Positions 54,634-63,396 of a DNA stretch of 64,000 nucleotides are shown piece after piece. This DNA comes from an uncultured Actinomycetota bacterium (GTDB lineage: Bacteria; Actinomycetota; Actinomycetes; Mycobacteriales; Mycobacteriaceae): positions 136,237 through 200,236 of the forward strand of contig CAVWUG010000010.1 in assembly GCA_963758115.1 (NCBI GenBank), given 5' to 3'. The position numbers and the translations under genes are program-made. The notes below the pieces were generated by a model that was given only the letters and a program-made list of their open reading frames with translations, had not been told where the DNA came from and ran no database searches. Position 1 is the first letter of the stretch; the number at the start of each line of letters is the position of its first letter.

Positions 54634-55070
54634 TGACCACCCCGGCTCCGTACGGCGCTCCACAGCCCGCTCAGCGCCGGAAGCGCCACTCGCTGTACGT
54701 CGCACTCGCCGCCGGCGGCCTGCTGACGGCGACGCTCGCCTACATCGGCCTGGTCGATCCGCACAACCCGGACGCAATCTTTCCCGTCTGCCCGTTCCGG
54801 CTGCTGACCGGCCTGAACTGCCCCGGATGCGGCGCTCTCCGGATGATCCACGACATGCTGCACGGTGAACTGGCCGCGGCGATCACCGACAACGTCGTGC
54901 TGCTCGTCGGTCTCCCACTGTTGGCCGGATGGGCTCTGATCCGCGTCCGCCGCGGAAAATCGCCGTTAACGATTCCGACGACGGCCGCCGTCGTGGCCAC
55001 GCTGCTGGCCTGGACGGTGGTGCGCAACCTGCCAGGATTCCCGTTGGTTCCGACACTGCTCACCCATTAG
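54633..55070 (+). CDS. DUF2752-type membrane protein
   Basis: CPFRLLTGLNCPGCGALRM motif. TGATG junction with lgt. Confidence 0.75.
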   Translation: MTTPAPYGAPQPAQRRKRHSLYVALAAGGLLTATLAYIGLVDPHNPDAIFPVCPFRLLTGLNCPGCGALRMIHDMLHGELAAAITDNVVLLVGLPLLAGWALIRVRRGKSPLTIPTTAAVVATLLAWTVVRNLPGFPLVPTLLTH

Positions 55071-55121
55071 CCCGCTATCTGAGTGGGAGATGATCAGCTA
55101 GCGCGACTATGCTCAGGCGTC

Positions 55122-56540
55122 GTGGCGAGACGCGGCAAGATCGTCTGTACTCTCGGCCCGGCCACGAGCACTGACGAGGCCGTCAGAGCTCTGGTCGAAG
55201 CCGGAATGGACGTCGCCAGAATGAACTTCAGCCATGGCGACTACAGCGACCACAAAGCCTCCTATGACCGGGTCCGTGCGGCCTCTGACGCCACCGGACG
55301 CGCGGTCGGGCTCCTCGCCGACCTGCAGGGCCCGAAGATCCGGCTCGGACGCTTCGCCGACGGACCGACGTATTGGGCCGACGGCGAAACCGTCCGGCTG
55401 ACCGTCGCGGACTGTCAGGGCAACCACGACCGGGTCTCGACGACCTACAAGCAGCTGGCGCAGGATGCGGTGCCGGGCGACCGGGTTCTGGTCGACGACG
55501 GCAATGTCGCGCTGGTTGTCGAGAGCATCGACGGCGACGACGTCGTGTGCACCGTCATCGAGGGCGGCCCGATCAGCAACAACAAAGGCATGTCGCTGCC
55601 AGGTATGAAAGTCTCGGCTCCGCCGCTGTCGGAGAAGGACATCGAGGACCTCGAGTTCGCGCTGCACCTCGGCGTCGACATGGTGGCGCTGTCGTTCGTT
55701 CGCTCGCCGTCGGATGTCGAACTGGTCCACGAGGTGATGGACCGGGTCGGCCGCCGCGTCCCGGTCATCGCCAAGCTGGAGAAGCCGGAAGCGATCGACA
55801 ACCTCGAAGCCGTCGTCCTGGCCTTTGACGCGGTGATGGTCGCCCGCGGCGACCTCGGTGTCGAGCTGCCACTGGAAGAGGTTCCGCTCGTGCAGAAGCG
55901 GGCCATCCAAATGGCAAGGGAGAACGCGAAACCCGTCATCGTCGCGACGCAGATGCTCGAGTCGATGATCGAACACTCCCGGCCGACACGGGCAGAGGCC
56001 TCCGACGTCGCCAACGCTGTGATGGACGGCGCCGACGCGGTGATGCTTTCCGGCGAAACATCCGTTGGGAGATACCCGTTGGCCGCCGTGCAGACGATGG
56101 CCCGGATCATCTGCGCGGTGGAGGAGAACTCGACCGCTGCTCCGCCGTTGACGCACGTGCCGCGCACCAAGCGAGGCGTGATCTCCTACGCGGCTCGCGA
56201 TATCGGCGAGCGCCTGGACGCCAAGGCCCTGGTCGCGTTCACCCAATCCGGTGACACTGTCCGGCGACTGGCGCGTCTGCACACGCCGTTGCCACTGCTG
56301 GCGTTCACACCGCTGCCCGAAGTACGCAGTCAACTCGCCATGACGTGGGGCACCGAGACGTTCATCGTGCCGGTCATCCAAACGACCGACGGCATGATCC
56401 GCCAGGTCGACAAGTCGTTGCTGTCGCTCGGCCGGTACAAGCGCGGCGATCTGGTCGTCATCGTCGCTGGTGCACCGCCGGGCACTGTCGGGTCCACGAA
56501 CCTGGTTCACGTGCACCGAATCGGCGAAGAGGACGTCTAG
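55122..56540 (+). CDS. pyk: pyruvate kinase
   Basis: VARRGKIVCTLGPAT... is colinear with mycobacterial PykA (472 aa). GTG 55122 chosen by N-terminal alignment. MVARGDLGVE. Confidence 0.95.
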   Translation: MARRGKIVCTLGPATSTDEAVRALVEAGMDVARMNFSHGDYSDHKASYDRVRAASDATGRAVGLLADLQGPKIRLGRFADGPTYWADGETVRLTVADCQGNHDRVSTTYKQLAQDAVPGDRVLVDDGNVALVVESIDGDDVVCTVIEGGPISNNKGMSLPGMKVSAPPLSEKDIEDLEFALHLGVDMVALSFVRSPSDVELVHEVMDRVGRRVPVIAKLEKPEAIDNLEAVVLAFDAVMVARGDLGVELPLEEVPLVQKRAIQMARENAKPVIVATQMLESMIEHSRPTRAEASDVANAVMDGADAVMLSGETSVGRYPLAAVQTMARIICAVEENSTAAPPLTHVPRTKRGVISYAARDIGERLDAKALVAFTQSGDTVRRLARLHTPLPLLAFTPLPEVRSQLAMTWGTETFIVPVIQTTDGMIRQVDKSLLSLGRYKRGDLVVIVAGAPPGTVGSTNLVHVHRIGEEDV

Positions 56541-56570
56541 CCCGTCCAACCCGACCACTAGGCTGGCCCG

Positions 56571-57434
56571 GTGTCTGACTTCGACGAGCTGATGGCCGTG
56601 CTCGACCTACGTCGCACGGGGGACACCGCTTTCGTCGGATCCCACCCGAGCAAGAACCCGCCGCGAACATTCGGCGGCCTGTTGATGGCGCAATCGTTCG
56701 TCGCCGCCACCCGCACATTGACGCGTGATCTTCCGCCCAACGCGCTGTCCGCGCATTTCATCAACGGCGGTGATATCGACAGGGACATCGAATTCGACGT
56801 GGTCGCACTGCGCGACGAACGCCGATTCGCAAATCGCCGTGTCGAGGTGACTCAGGGCGGCACACTGCTGGCCACGGTGATGGTCTCCTACCTGGCCGGC
56901 GGTCGCGGGCTCGAGCACAATGTCGAGCCGCCTGATGTCGCCGACCCCGACACCCTGCCGTCCATCAAGGAACTGCTGCTGGGCTACGAAGAAACCGTCC
57001 CGCTGTTCGTCAATGCGCTGCAGCCCATCGAATGGCGCTACACGAATGACCCGTCCTGGGTGATGCGGGACAAGGGCGACCGCATCGATCACAACCGCGT
57101 CTGGGTCAAGGCCGACGGCGTGCTGCCCGACGACCCGGTGTTGCACACCGCCACGATGCTCTACTGCTCGGACACCACGGTGCTGGATTCGATCATCACG
57201 ACGCATGGGCTCTCGTGGGGAGTCGACCGCATATTCGCTGCGACCGTTAACCATTCGGTCTGGTTTCACCGTCAAGTCGATTTCAGCGACTGGGTGCTGT
57301 ACTCGACCGCCTCGCCGGTGGCGACGGATTCTCGCGGGCTGGGATCCGGCTACTTCTTCGACCGGTCCAGGCGGCCGGTCGCGACGGTGGTGCAAGAAGG
57401 TTTGGTGAAGTATTTCCCGGGCGTAAGCAGATAG
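56571..57434 (+). CDS. tesB: acyl-CoA thioesterase II
   Basis: Double hot-dog TesB pattern (FGGLLMAQS...; HSVWFHR). Confidence 0.88.
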   Translation: MSDFDELMAVLDLRRTGDTAFVGSHPSKNPPRTFGGLLMAQSFVAATRTLTRDLPPNALSAHFINGGDIDRDIEFDVVALRDERRFANRRVEVTQGGTLLATVMVSYLAGGRGLEHNVEPPDVADPDTLPSIKELLLGYEETVPLFVNALQPIEWRYTNDPSWVMRDKGDRIDHNRVWVKADGVLPDDPVLHTATMLYCSDTTVLDSIITTHGLSWGVDRIFAATVNHSVWFHRQVDFSDWVLYSTASPVATDSRGLGSGYFFDRSRRPVATVVQEGLVKYFPGVSR

Positions 57435-57460
57435 GCGTAGACCGTTGCGGCGCAGCCGAT

Positions 57461-58000
57461 TCAGGGTGCCGGTGTCGGCGTCAAAGTGACACTCAGCCGG
57501 TCCTGGACGTTCTGCCGGAACTGGTTGCCGCACTGCTGCTGCTCGAGTTTGCCGGGGCCGGCTTTCTGCATGCAGTCGATGTAGTCGCCGCCGCCGACGT
57601 CCTTCCACACGGTCGTCCATATTGCGATGAACGCCAGGCCGACGACGATCGCCAAGCCGCCCAGGACGATGCCAGCGATTGCGACTCCGCCGTTGTTCGC
57701 GGTGCCGCGTTTGACGCGGCCATGGGCGATGACGCCGATAATCACAGCGACCACACCCAGACCGATAGGGGCGAACACTGTCGCGACGCTGAGCAAGCCG
57801 ATGACCGCGAGCACCAGCGAGGCGATAGCGAGCCCGTTTTTAGGCGCGACTGGCTGCGGCGGATAACCCCCATAGGGCGCTGGTGGCGGGTAACCGCCAG
57901 GGTACGGGTGGTACGGGTCGGGATACGGGTATGACGGCCCGGTTCGCGATGTTCCCGGGGAGTTTTCGCGTCTGTCCGGAAGATCCGAGAATCCGGTCAT
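57461..58000 (-). CDS. DUF4190-like membrane protein with Pro/Tyr-rich N-terminus
   Basis: PYPDPYHPYPGGYPPPAPYGGYPPQP is followed by two TM helices (NGLAIASLVLAVIGLL...). Confidence 0.65.
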   Translation of the reverse strand: MTGFSDLPDRRENSPGTSRTGPSYPYPDPYHPYPGGYPPPAPYGGYPPQPVAPKNGLAIASLVLAVIGLLSVATVFAPIGLGVVAVIIGVIAHGRVKRGTANNGGVAIAGIVLGGLAIVVGLAFIAIWTTVWKDVGGGDYIDCMQKAGPGKLEQQQCGNQFRQNVQDRLSVTLTPTPAP

Positions 58001-58092
58001 GACTCGCTCTCTAGTCGGCGGCGTTGGACGACTCTCGGCAAGAGTACTCGTCTGACCGATGCCACCGTCAGTGAAACGACCGAGCGCGCAAG

Positions 58093-58689
58093 CTAAGCCG
58101 CGTGTGGCGGCCCGCCGGTGAGAACCTTGTCGACCTTCTTCGATGCGCTGCGGATTCCGAAGGACGAGATGACCTCGAATACGCCGAGGACCACCAACCA
58201 GATGCCGACGATCTCAGTCAGGATCTCGATGCTCTCCAACGGCGATCCAATCATCACGATGCCCGCCAGCAGGCTGATCAGACCGAGGAAAATCTGCCAG
58301 GGGCGGCCGGGCAGGTGCGGATCGCTGATAGCCGAGATCGACGTCGCTACACCACGAAAGATGAAACCAACGCCAATCCAGATGGCCAGCAAGAGAATTG
58401 CGTAGCCTTCACCGAAGTGCCGGAAGCACAATACCGCCAGCACCAGTGAGGCGGCGCCGCTGATGAACAGCAGTACCCGGCCGCCTGCGGAGACATGCAA
58501 GCTGAATGCGAACACCACCTGTGAGGCGCCCGTGACGAGCAGGTAAATGCCGAATAGTACGGCCGCTATGACGATGGAGTGACCGGGCAACAACAGCACC
58601 AGGATGCCCAGTGCGAGTGCCAGGATTCCGGACACCAGGGTCGACTTCCACAAATGCGGCAACAACTTTGGAACAGCTGTGGTTTCCAT
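58093..58689 (-). CDS. HdeD/DUF308-family membrane protein (Rv1624c-like position)
   Basis: Six TM helices with a repeated GxxxLxxG pattern (SGILALALGILVLLLPG, GASQVVFAF). Confidence 0.7.
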   Translation of the reverse strand: METTAVPKLLPHLWKSTLVSGILALALGILVLLLPGHSIVIAAVLFGIYLLVTGASQVVFAFSLHVSAGGRVLLFISGAASLVLAVLCFRHFGEGYAILLLAIWIGVGFIFRGVATSISAISDPHLPGRPWQIFLGLISLLAGIVMIGSPLESIEILTEIVGIWLVVLGVFEVISSFGIRSASKKVDKVLTGGPPHAA

Positions 58690-58740
58690 GCGTGGATTTT
58701 CCCACAGACCGCGGTCGCAGTGGGACGTTTGCGGGACGCG

Positions 58741-60066
58741 TCAGACCCTGGCTGTCTCGGCAGCTCCAGTGCGCAAATCGTCGGAACCGGCGTCAGGACG
58801 GCGCCCGACGAGATACCAGGTGCGCATCAGGCCCTTACCTTTGACGTCGACGGCCCCGCGTTCTTGAAGCACGAAGTCGCCGTGGAGTCGCCGATAGACG
58901 TCCTCGGGCACTTGAATTCGGCCTACCGAGTCGGTGGATTCCATCCGGGACGCGACGTTGACCGCATCGCCCCACACGTCGTAGAAGAACTTGCGCGAAC
59001 CGACCACGCCGGCCACCACGGGCCCGCTGGCCAGCCCGATGCGCAGCGGCAGCGGATTGCCCCGGGAATCCTTCAGTCGGCTTGCGGCGTCGGCCATGTC
59101 GAGTGCGAGGGAGGCCAGCGCCTCGACGTGATCAGCTCGCGGCTGGGGGACACCGCTGACCACCATGTAGGAGTCGCCGCTGACTTTGATCTTCTCCAAC
59201 CCGTGCTTGTCGACTAGAGCGTCGAAGTCGCTGTAGAGCCGGTTCAGGAAGCGGATCAACTGTTCCGGGGGCATGTCGCTGGCTCGCTCGGTGAAGCCGG
59301 CGATGTCGGCGAACAGCACCGAGGCGTCATCATATTTGTCGGCAATCACGTTGCGCGCCGGGTCTTTTAGCCGATCGGCGACGCTGGACGGCAAGATGTT
59401 GGCCAGCAGTGCCTCGGATCGTTCGTACTCGAGTTCCATCGCCGCTTCGGCCCGGACGATCTCGCGCACCGCATACCAGACCGTCGTCACCACCATCACG
59501 CACGCCGAGATCGTGGTGACGACGAAACTGAGTGACAACGCCCAGGCCGGTTGGGCGCCGGTGTCTCGTGGGACGAGGAACTGCAGCGTGATCACCATGC
59601 CCGCGGCGATCGCGGCCAGGCCGCCCGCCAGAAAGATGCGGTCGACGCCGAGCTGTAAGACAACGAGACAGGCCGCGACCAGGAAGTAGAACTGCAGCCC
59701 GGAGCCGGTGCCGACGAACCAGCAGACCGAGAAGATCGACAGGTACGCCGTCCCGATGAACGTCAACGGAGAGAGCAGCTCGCCGAAGCGGTGCAGCACC
59801 GGAACGAGGGCGTAGATCGCGGCCCCGACAAGGTTGATGACACCGGTCCACCACAACTCGGGCGCGGAGAACAGTTGGACCAAACCGAAACTTGCGCTGA
59901 CGAATACCGCCATCGCGGCGGTGAGATTCAGAATGCGGCGACGGCGCGCGATCCGTTCGACGTAGACCTGGTTGCGAGCGCGCGGCTGTGCCCGCACCGC
60001 CGCTACGCAATCCGGTGTTCGCCGCGAACCTGCTGGTTGTGGGGCGGCGCACCGCTTAGCCACCAC
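58741..60066 (-). CDS. cya: class III adenylate cyclase with 6-TM anchor (Rv1625c-like)
   Basis: VVAKRCAAPQ... is colinear with Rv1625c. ASVLFADIAGFTE, KIKVSGDSYMVVSG, FYDVWGDAVNVASRMES. GTG 60066 (or 60063) replaces the 534-aa track ORF. Confidence 0.88.
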   Translation of the reverse strand: MVAKRCAAPQPAGSRRTPDCVAAVRAQPRARNQVYVERIARRRRILNLTAAMAVFVSASFGLVQLFSAPELWWTGVINLVGAAIYALVPVLHRFGELLSPLTFIGTAYLSIFSVCWFVGTGSGLQFYFLVAACLVVLQLGVDRIFLAGGLAAIAAGMVITLQFLVPRDTGAQPAWALSLSFVVTTISACVMVVTTVWYAVREIVRAEAAMELEYERSEALLANILPSSVADRLKDPARNVIADKYDDASVLFADIAGFTERASDMPPEQLIRFLNRLYSDFDALVDKHGLEKIKVSGDSYMVVSGVPQPRADHVEALASLALDMADAASRLKDSRGNPLPLRIGLASGPVVAGVVGSRKFFYDVWGDAVNVASRMESTDSVGRIQVPEDVYRRLHGDFVLQERGAVDVKGKGLMRTWYLVGRRPDAGSDDLRTGAAETARV

Positions 60067-60199
60067 AGGAAAAGCGTAACCGCTGAACCGAATGTCGGGG
60101 GAGATCTTGCGGACTCCCGCGCTGAAACGATCCAAAGCAGCAAATGCAAGAGATGAGGCGGGTAGCTTCCTCAACTGCAGCGATGCGAAGGAGGCAGTC

Positions 60200-60472
60200 A
60201 TGAGGCAACTCTGCGCCGGAGGACTGGTCGGCACGCTTGCGGTCGCCGGTCTGATCGGCTCGGCACCGCTGGCCAACGCCGGTTGCCAGTACGGGGGCGG
60301 ACTCGTGGAGAAGATGTGCGATGGACCCGTCCAGGATGACGGCACCTGGCAACGCTGCGTAACGCAAGGAACCTTGAACGCCTTCGACCGAACGCACTGC
60401 CAGATGATGGGCCCTGGTCAGAACCCTCTGGGACTTGCCTACTACAACCCAGCGACGCACATCGACGACTAG
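60200..60472 (+). CDS. small secreted Cys-containing protein (CDGP-motif)
   Basis: SD AAGGAGG lies about 6 nt upstream of the ATG. Signal peptide MRQLCAGGLVGTLAVAGLIGSAPLANA. Four Cys, including KMCDGP. Confidence 0.65.
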   Translation: MRQLCAGGLVGTLAVAGLIGSAPLANAGCQYGGGLVEKMCDGPVQDDGTWQRCVTQGTLNAFDRTHCQMMGPGQNPLGLAYYNPATHIDD

Positions 60473-60508
60473 CGCCTAGTCAGCTAACTGCCGACTCAAG
60501 CCCGCGAA

Positions 60509-60865
60509 GTGGGTACCCGCGGCCATGAAAGGCTCCTACTCATGGAAGATCAGTCGGCCTCATCGGCAAGGCACTACGCCAGGAGCTTGTCGATCGCTGT
60601 TGACGTGGTGAGCACCATCGTCGAGGCATATGACGACGAGGGGGACGAACCGGACGCGACCATCGCCGACTACATCACCACGGAGATGGTCGGCGATCAG
60701 AACGTCCCGGCGCCGCTGTGGGACTTGCTCAGTGGATTAGTCAACTTGACCCACCTGCTGCTTGGGAGAGTCGAGGAACTCAGCAATACGTCTAAACAGG
60801 ATGTCCTTGAGTGGTACGCCGACGCGGCGGCGCAGATGGCCGACGGCGACATCGAGCCGGAGTAG
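60509..60865 (+). CDS. hypothetical acidic protein
   Basis: Only ORF in this interval. No family recognised. The start could be ATG 60542. Confidence 0.4.
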   Translation: MGTRGHERLLLMEDQSASSARHYARSLSIAVDVVSTIVEAYDDEGDEPDATIADYITTEMVGDQNVPAPLWDLLSGLVNLTHLLLGRVEELSNTSKQDVLEWYADAAAQMADGDIEPE

Positions 60866-60903
60866 TTGTTCTCTATGCGGGTTGCGACTAATAGTGTTCG
60901 TTC

Positions 60904-61299
60904 ATGGGCGGAGTATTCGGCCGTGACGTCACGCTGTCCTGGTTTTGTGACCTGCCGCTAAGCGGCCAGGTCGCGTTGCTGATGGACCCTCGCAGGCCGC
61001 TCTCGCCTGGCGGCGCCCGTCGCATCGCCGACAGCCTCGGTGAGCAGATGCTGAGTCAGGAAGAGCCAGGGAATGGTCCACGTCGCTGGAGGCTGGCGGA
61101 ACCGGCAGCCCGGCAGTTAGGCAGTGTCCGCAAGAAGCTTGATAAGTGGTGGAATTCGGATTCACTCACCAATATCGAGCGCAATTATCTCATTGCGCAT
61201 CGCGCCGATGACGAACCACCGCCGCACGCGATGACGGTCGAGCTACCGGTACTCCGCGCCTACCTCGAGATGAAAGCGCGCGCCGCGCCACCGTTGTGA
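60904..61299 (+). CDS. hypothetical protein
   Basis: 131-aa ORF following the previous gene. No family recognised. Confidence 0.4.
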   Translation: MGGVFGRDVTLSWFCDLPLSGQVALLMDPRRPLSPGGARRIADSLGEQMLSQEEPGNGPRRWRLAEPAARQLGSVRKKLDKWWNSDSLTNIERNYLIAHRADDEPPPHAMTVELPVLRAYLEMKARAAPPL

Positions 61300-61427
61300 G
61301 ATGGGAAACCAAATCCATCGTGGACCGGCACGGAGGCCGCGCCGCCGGCACACTTGCGAGGGCGCTGTGGTCGACAAGTTCGAGAACGAAGTGGACCCCG
61401 ATCGTAGTGGCTAGCTTAGCTAAAAAG

Positions 61428-62258
61428 TCAGGGGGTAAAGCTGGCCAAATCGGGGGCAAAGCTGGCCAAATCTGCGGTAGCGCTGGCCAAATCGGGGGTA
61501 ACGCTGGCGAGATCGGCAACGCTGCCCAATTCGGCAATGCCGTTGGTCATATCGGCAACGTTGCCCAAATCGCCGCCGCCCAAGGGGAACCAATCGTCGG
61601 GAGGCATGACGTTTTGCAGGAGGTCGCCGAAGTACGTTGACGGGAACTCCGAGCTTGGCAGCGAATCCCACAGCATGTGGGGAGTGGTCTGGCCGGCGTC
61701 TAGAACCCAGGCCCCCCCTTCATGCCCATCGTTGTAGAAGAACGTCGTGTGGTCGCCTGGCTCGGTAATCACCTTCGCGTGCGCACCGTCCGCGTAATAC
61801 ACGTTCAGCTTATTGATGCTAAAAGTCGTATCTCCCGCCGAGTCTGTGCCGAATGGGCCATGCCACCAGTCGTTCACCTTCGCTCCCGCTAAGCCCTCAG
61901 AGTCGATCCCAGTGGGATCGTTCGCGGTGTTTGGAGTAAAGGCACTGTAGTTGTATATGGCGTGGTCGTTGAGCCGGGACTCGTAGTCCTGCTCAGACAC
62001 GATGTAGCTTCCAGAGACGTAAGACGTGCCATCGGCCTGGGTCACTTCAACATTGACCGGTTGGTTGTCCGTCCAGACCGCGATAAACGGCCGGAACCCC
62101 GAATACTCGACGTCGGTCGGGTGTCCGCCAGACACCAAAGTGCACTCGCCGAGATCGCAGTCATCGGCGTAGGCAACGGCCATCGGGAGAAATGCAGCGG
62201 CAGCCAGTCCACCGGCAGCCGCCGCGAGTACTGGTAGCAGACGACGTTTTTTCAACAT
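61428..62258 (-). CDS. secreted protein with C-terminal heptad-repeat tail
   Basis: Signal peptide MLKKRRLLPVLAAAAGGLAAAAFLPMAVAYA. Globular part rich in aromatic and Asp residues. The tail ends DLASVTP-DLASATA-DLASFAP-DLASFTP. Confidence 0.6.
   Translation of the reverse strand: MLKKRRLLPVLAAAAGGLAAAAFLPMAVAYADDCDLGECTLVSGGHPTDVEYSGFRPFIAVWTDNQPVNVEVTQADGTSYVSGSYIVSEQDYESRLNDHAIYNYSAFTPNTANDPTGIDSEGLAGAKVNDWWHGPFGTDSAGDTTFSINKLNVYYADGAHAKVITEPGDHTTFFYNDGHEGGAWVLDAGQTTPHMLWDSLPSSEFPSTYFGDLLQNVMPPDDWFPLGGGDLGNVADMTNGIAELGSVADLASVTPDLASATADLASFAPDLASFTP
61431..61577 (-). repeat. 21-bp tandem repeat inside the CDS (encodes heptads)
   Basis: Plus-strand units GGGGGTAAAGCTGGCCAAATC / GGGGGCAAAGCTGGCCAAATC / TGCGGTAGCGCTGGCCAAATC / GGGGGTAACGCTGGCGAGATC, followed by degenerate units up to about 61577. 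Confidence 0.8.
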
Positions 62259-62716
62259 AGGAGCCCCCTATTGTTATTGTAATCACGCCCAACAGGATGT
62301 GAATTTGGCGAGCGTACACCCGCCGGCGGCGATGCAGTTGCGGAAATCTGAAACGGTTACTGCCATTTTTTTGGCGCGAAACCCAGAACCCAGCGGGTGT
62401 TGGTGGCGTGGTCCGCCAGCCACTGTCATAAACGATAGGGGCCAGGCCAGCCGTATTGATCTTGTATGGGTTACCTCAGCGATTGAGAAACTGATCTGAC
62501 CTCTCGAATTACTCGGCCTTCCTACTGGTTCCCGCTCGTTTGGGCAGTTTCACTTTGCACCCGCACGGTGCGTTTTCCCTCCTGATGGGCGTTGCTGTTC
62601 ACTGTCGAGAGTCGTACTAAAGCGAGATCCGTACGCAACTGCTTCTGGTCTTCTTTTGGTTTTCTTTTGTGCACTAAAACTGTTTAAGGTCCTTGGACGA
62701 TAACCGTGCAGGGTGG

Positions 62717-62755
62717 GTGCACGAAAATCGTTCAGGTTGCACGGAAATCGTGCAG
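62717..62755. repeat. two adjacent 19-bp direct repeats (iteron-like)
   Basis: GTGCACGAAAATCGTTCAG (62717-62735) and TTGCACGGAAATCGTGCAG (62737-62755) match at 16 of 19 positions. A weaker third copy TGCACTAAAACTGTT lies at 62671-62685. Confidence 0.5.
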
Positions 62756-63219
62756 TGTCATGACCGGCGTTCCACGAAGATCTGCTCGCTGTACTTGCGG
62801 ATTTTCGTCATCGGTGAACCGTGCTCGGATTACGTACTCGACTCACGACGCCGCTTTGCCGTCGATGCGTCGGTACTCGCGTAGGACCAGCCGCCGTGCA
62901 TCAGCGAGTTGCTTGATCGCCTTGACGGGCGCGGGTTCGGCTCTTATCCCAGTTGAGTTGCGCTGTGATCGCAGCAGCCGACGTTTGATATCCGTCCTTG
63001 TGTGAACGGCCACACCCGCCGGCGCCCCAGCTTCAACGACGGCGGCCCCTTACCCGAGTGCGCGAAGTAGAGCCAGGTTGATGCGGGCACATCGCATGAT
63101 GGGCGACGATCTCGGACGGGTTGCGAACGCTCTAGACGCCGCCGCTGGAACTGCTGCGGACGATCACGCATTTGAAAGCTGTCCGGTCCGAGTGAAATAG
63201 CCTCTGAACTGCGACGCTG

Positions 63220-63296
63220 TGGTGCCCTCGGTGAGATTCGAACTCACACTGGACGGGTTTTGAATCCGTTTCCTCTGCCAGTTGGGATACGAGGGC
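63220..63296 (-). tRNA. tRNA-like gene, identity uncertain (anticodon CAA by canonical fold, but class-I body)
   Basis: Minus strand: GCCCTCG-TA-TCCC-AACTGGCA-GAGG-A-ACGGA-TTCAAAA-CCCGT-CCAGT-GTGAG-TTCGAAT-CTCAC-CGAGGGC-A-CCA. It has a 7-bp acceptor, GG in the D-loop, a TTCGAAT T-loop and an encoded CCA. Two mismatches (D stem C-A; anticodon stem A-C). Confidence 0.75.
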
Positions 63297-63396
63297 CTTG
63301 TCTGGTGCGGCCTCCCACCATAGAGGACCGTCTCCGGAGACCCGTCTCACAGCCCCGCAGTCGATGATCTGCGCGGTTCACGACACAATGTTCGTC

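Noticed and set aside
62860-63171. Possible integrase, excisionase or transposase pseudogene next to the tRNA.
   Set aside because: Only short broken frames are present, and I can see no R-H-R-Y or DDE motifs. I cannot support a specific call without a database search. It is mentioned only as context for the island.
63220-63296. Idea that the tRNA is selC (tRNA-Sec, UCA), given the nearby formate dehydrogenase.
   Set aside because: The gene is 77 nt with a 7/5 acceptor/T-stem and a short variable arm, not the roughly 95-nt 8/5 Sec structure. UCA is not at positions 34-36 in any stable fold. The FDH in this window is the NAD-dependent, non-selenocysteine type.
63132-63350. 72-aa minus-strand ORF spanning the tRNA region.
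   Set aside because: It completely overlaps the tRNA cloverleaf and has no coding signature, so it is spurious.
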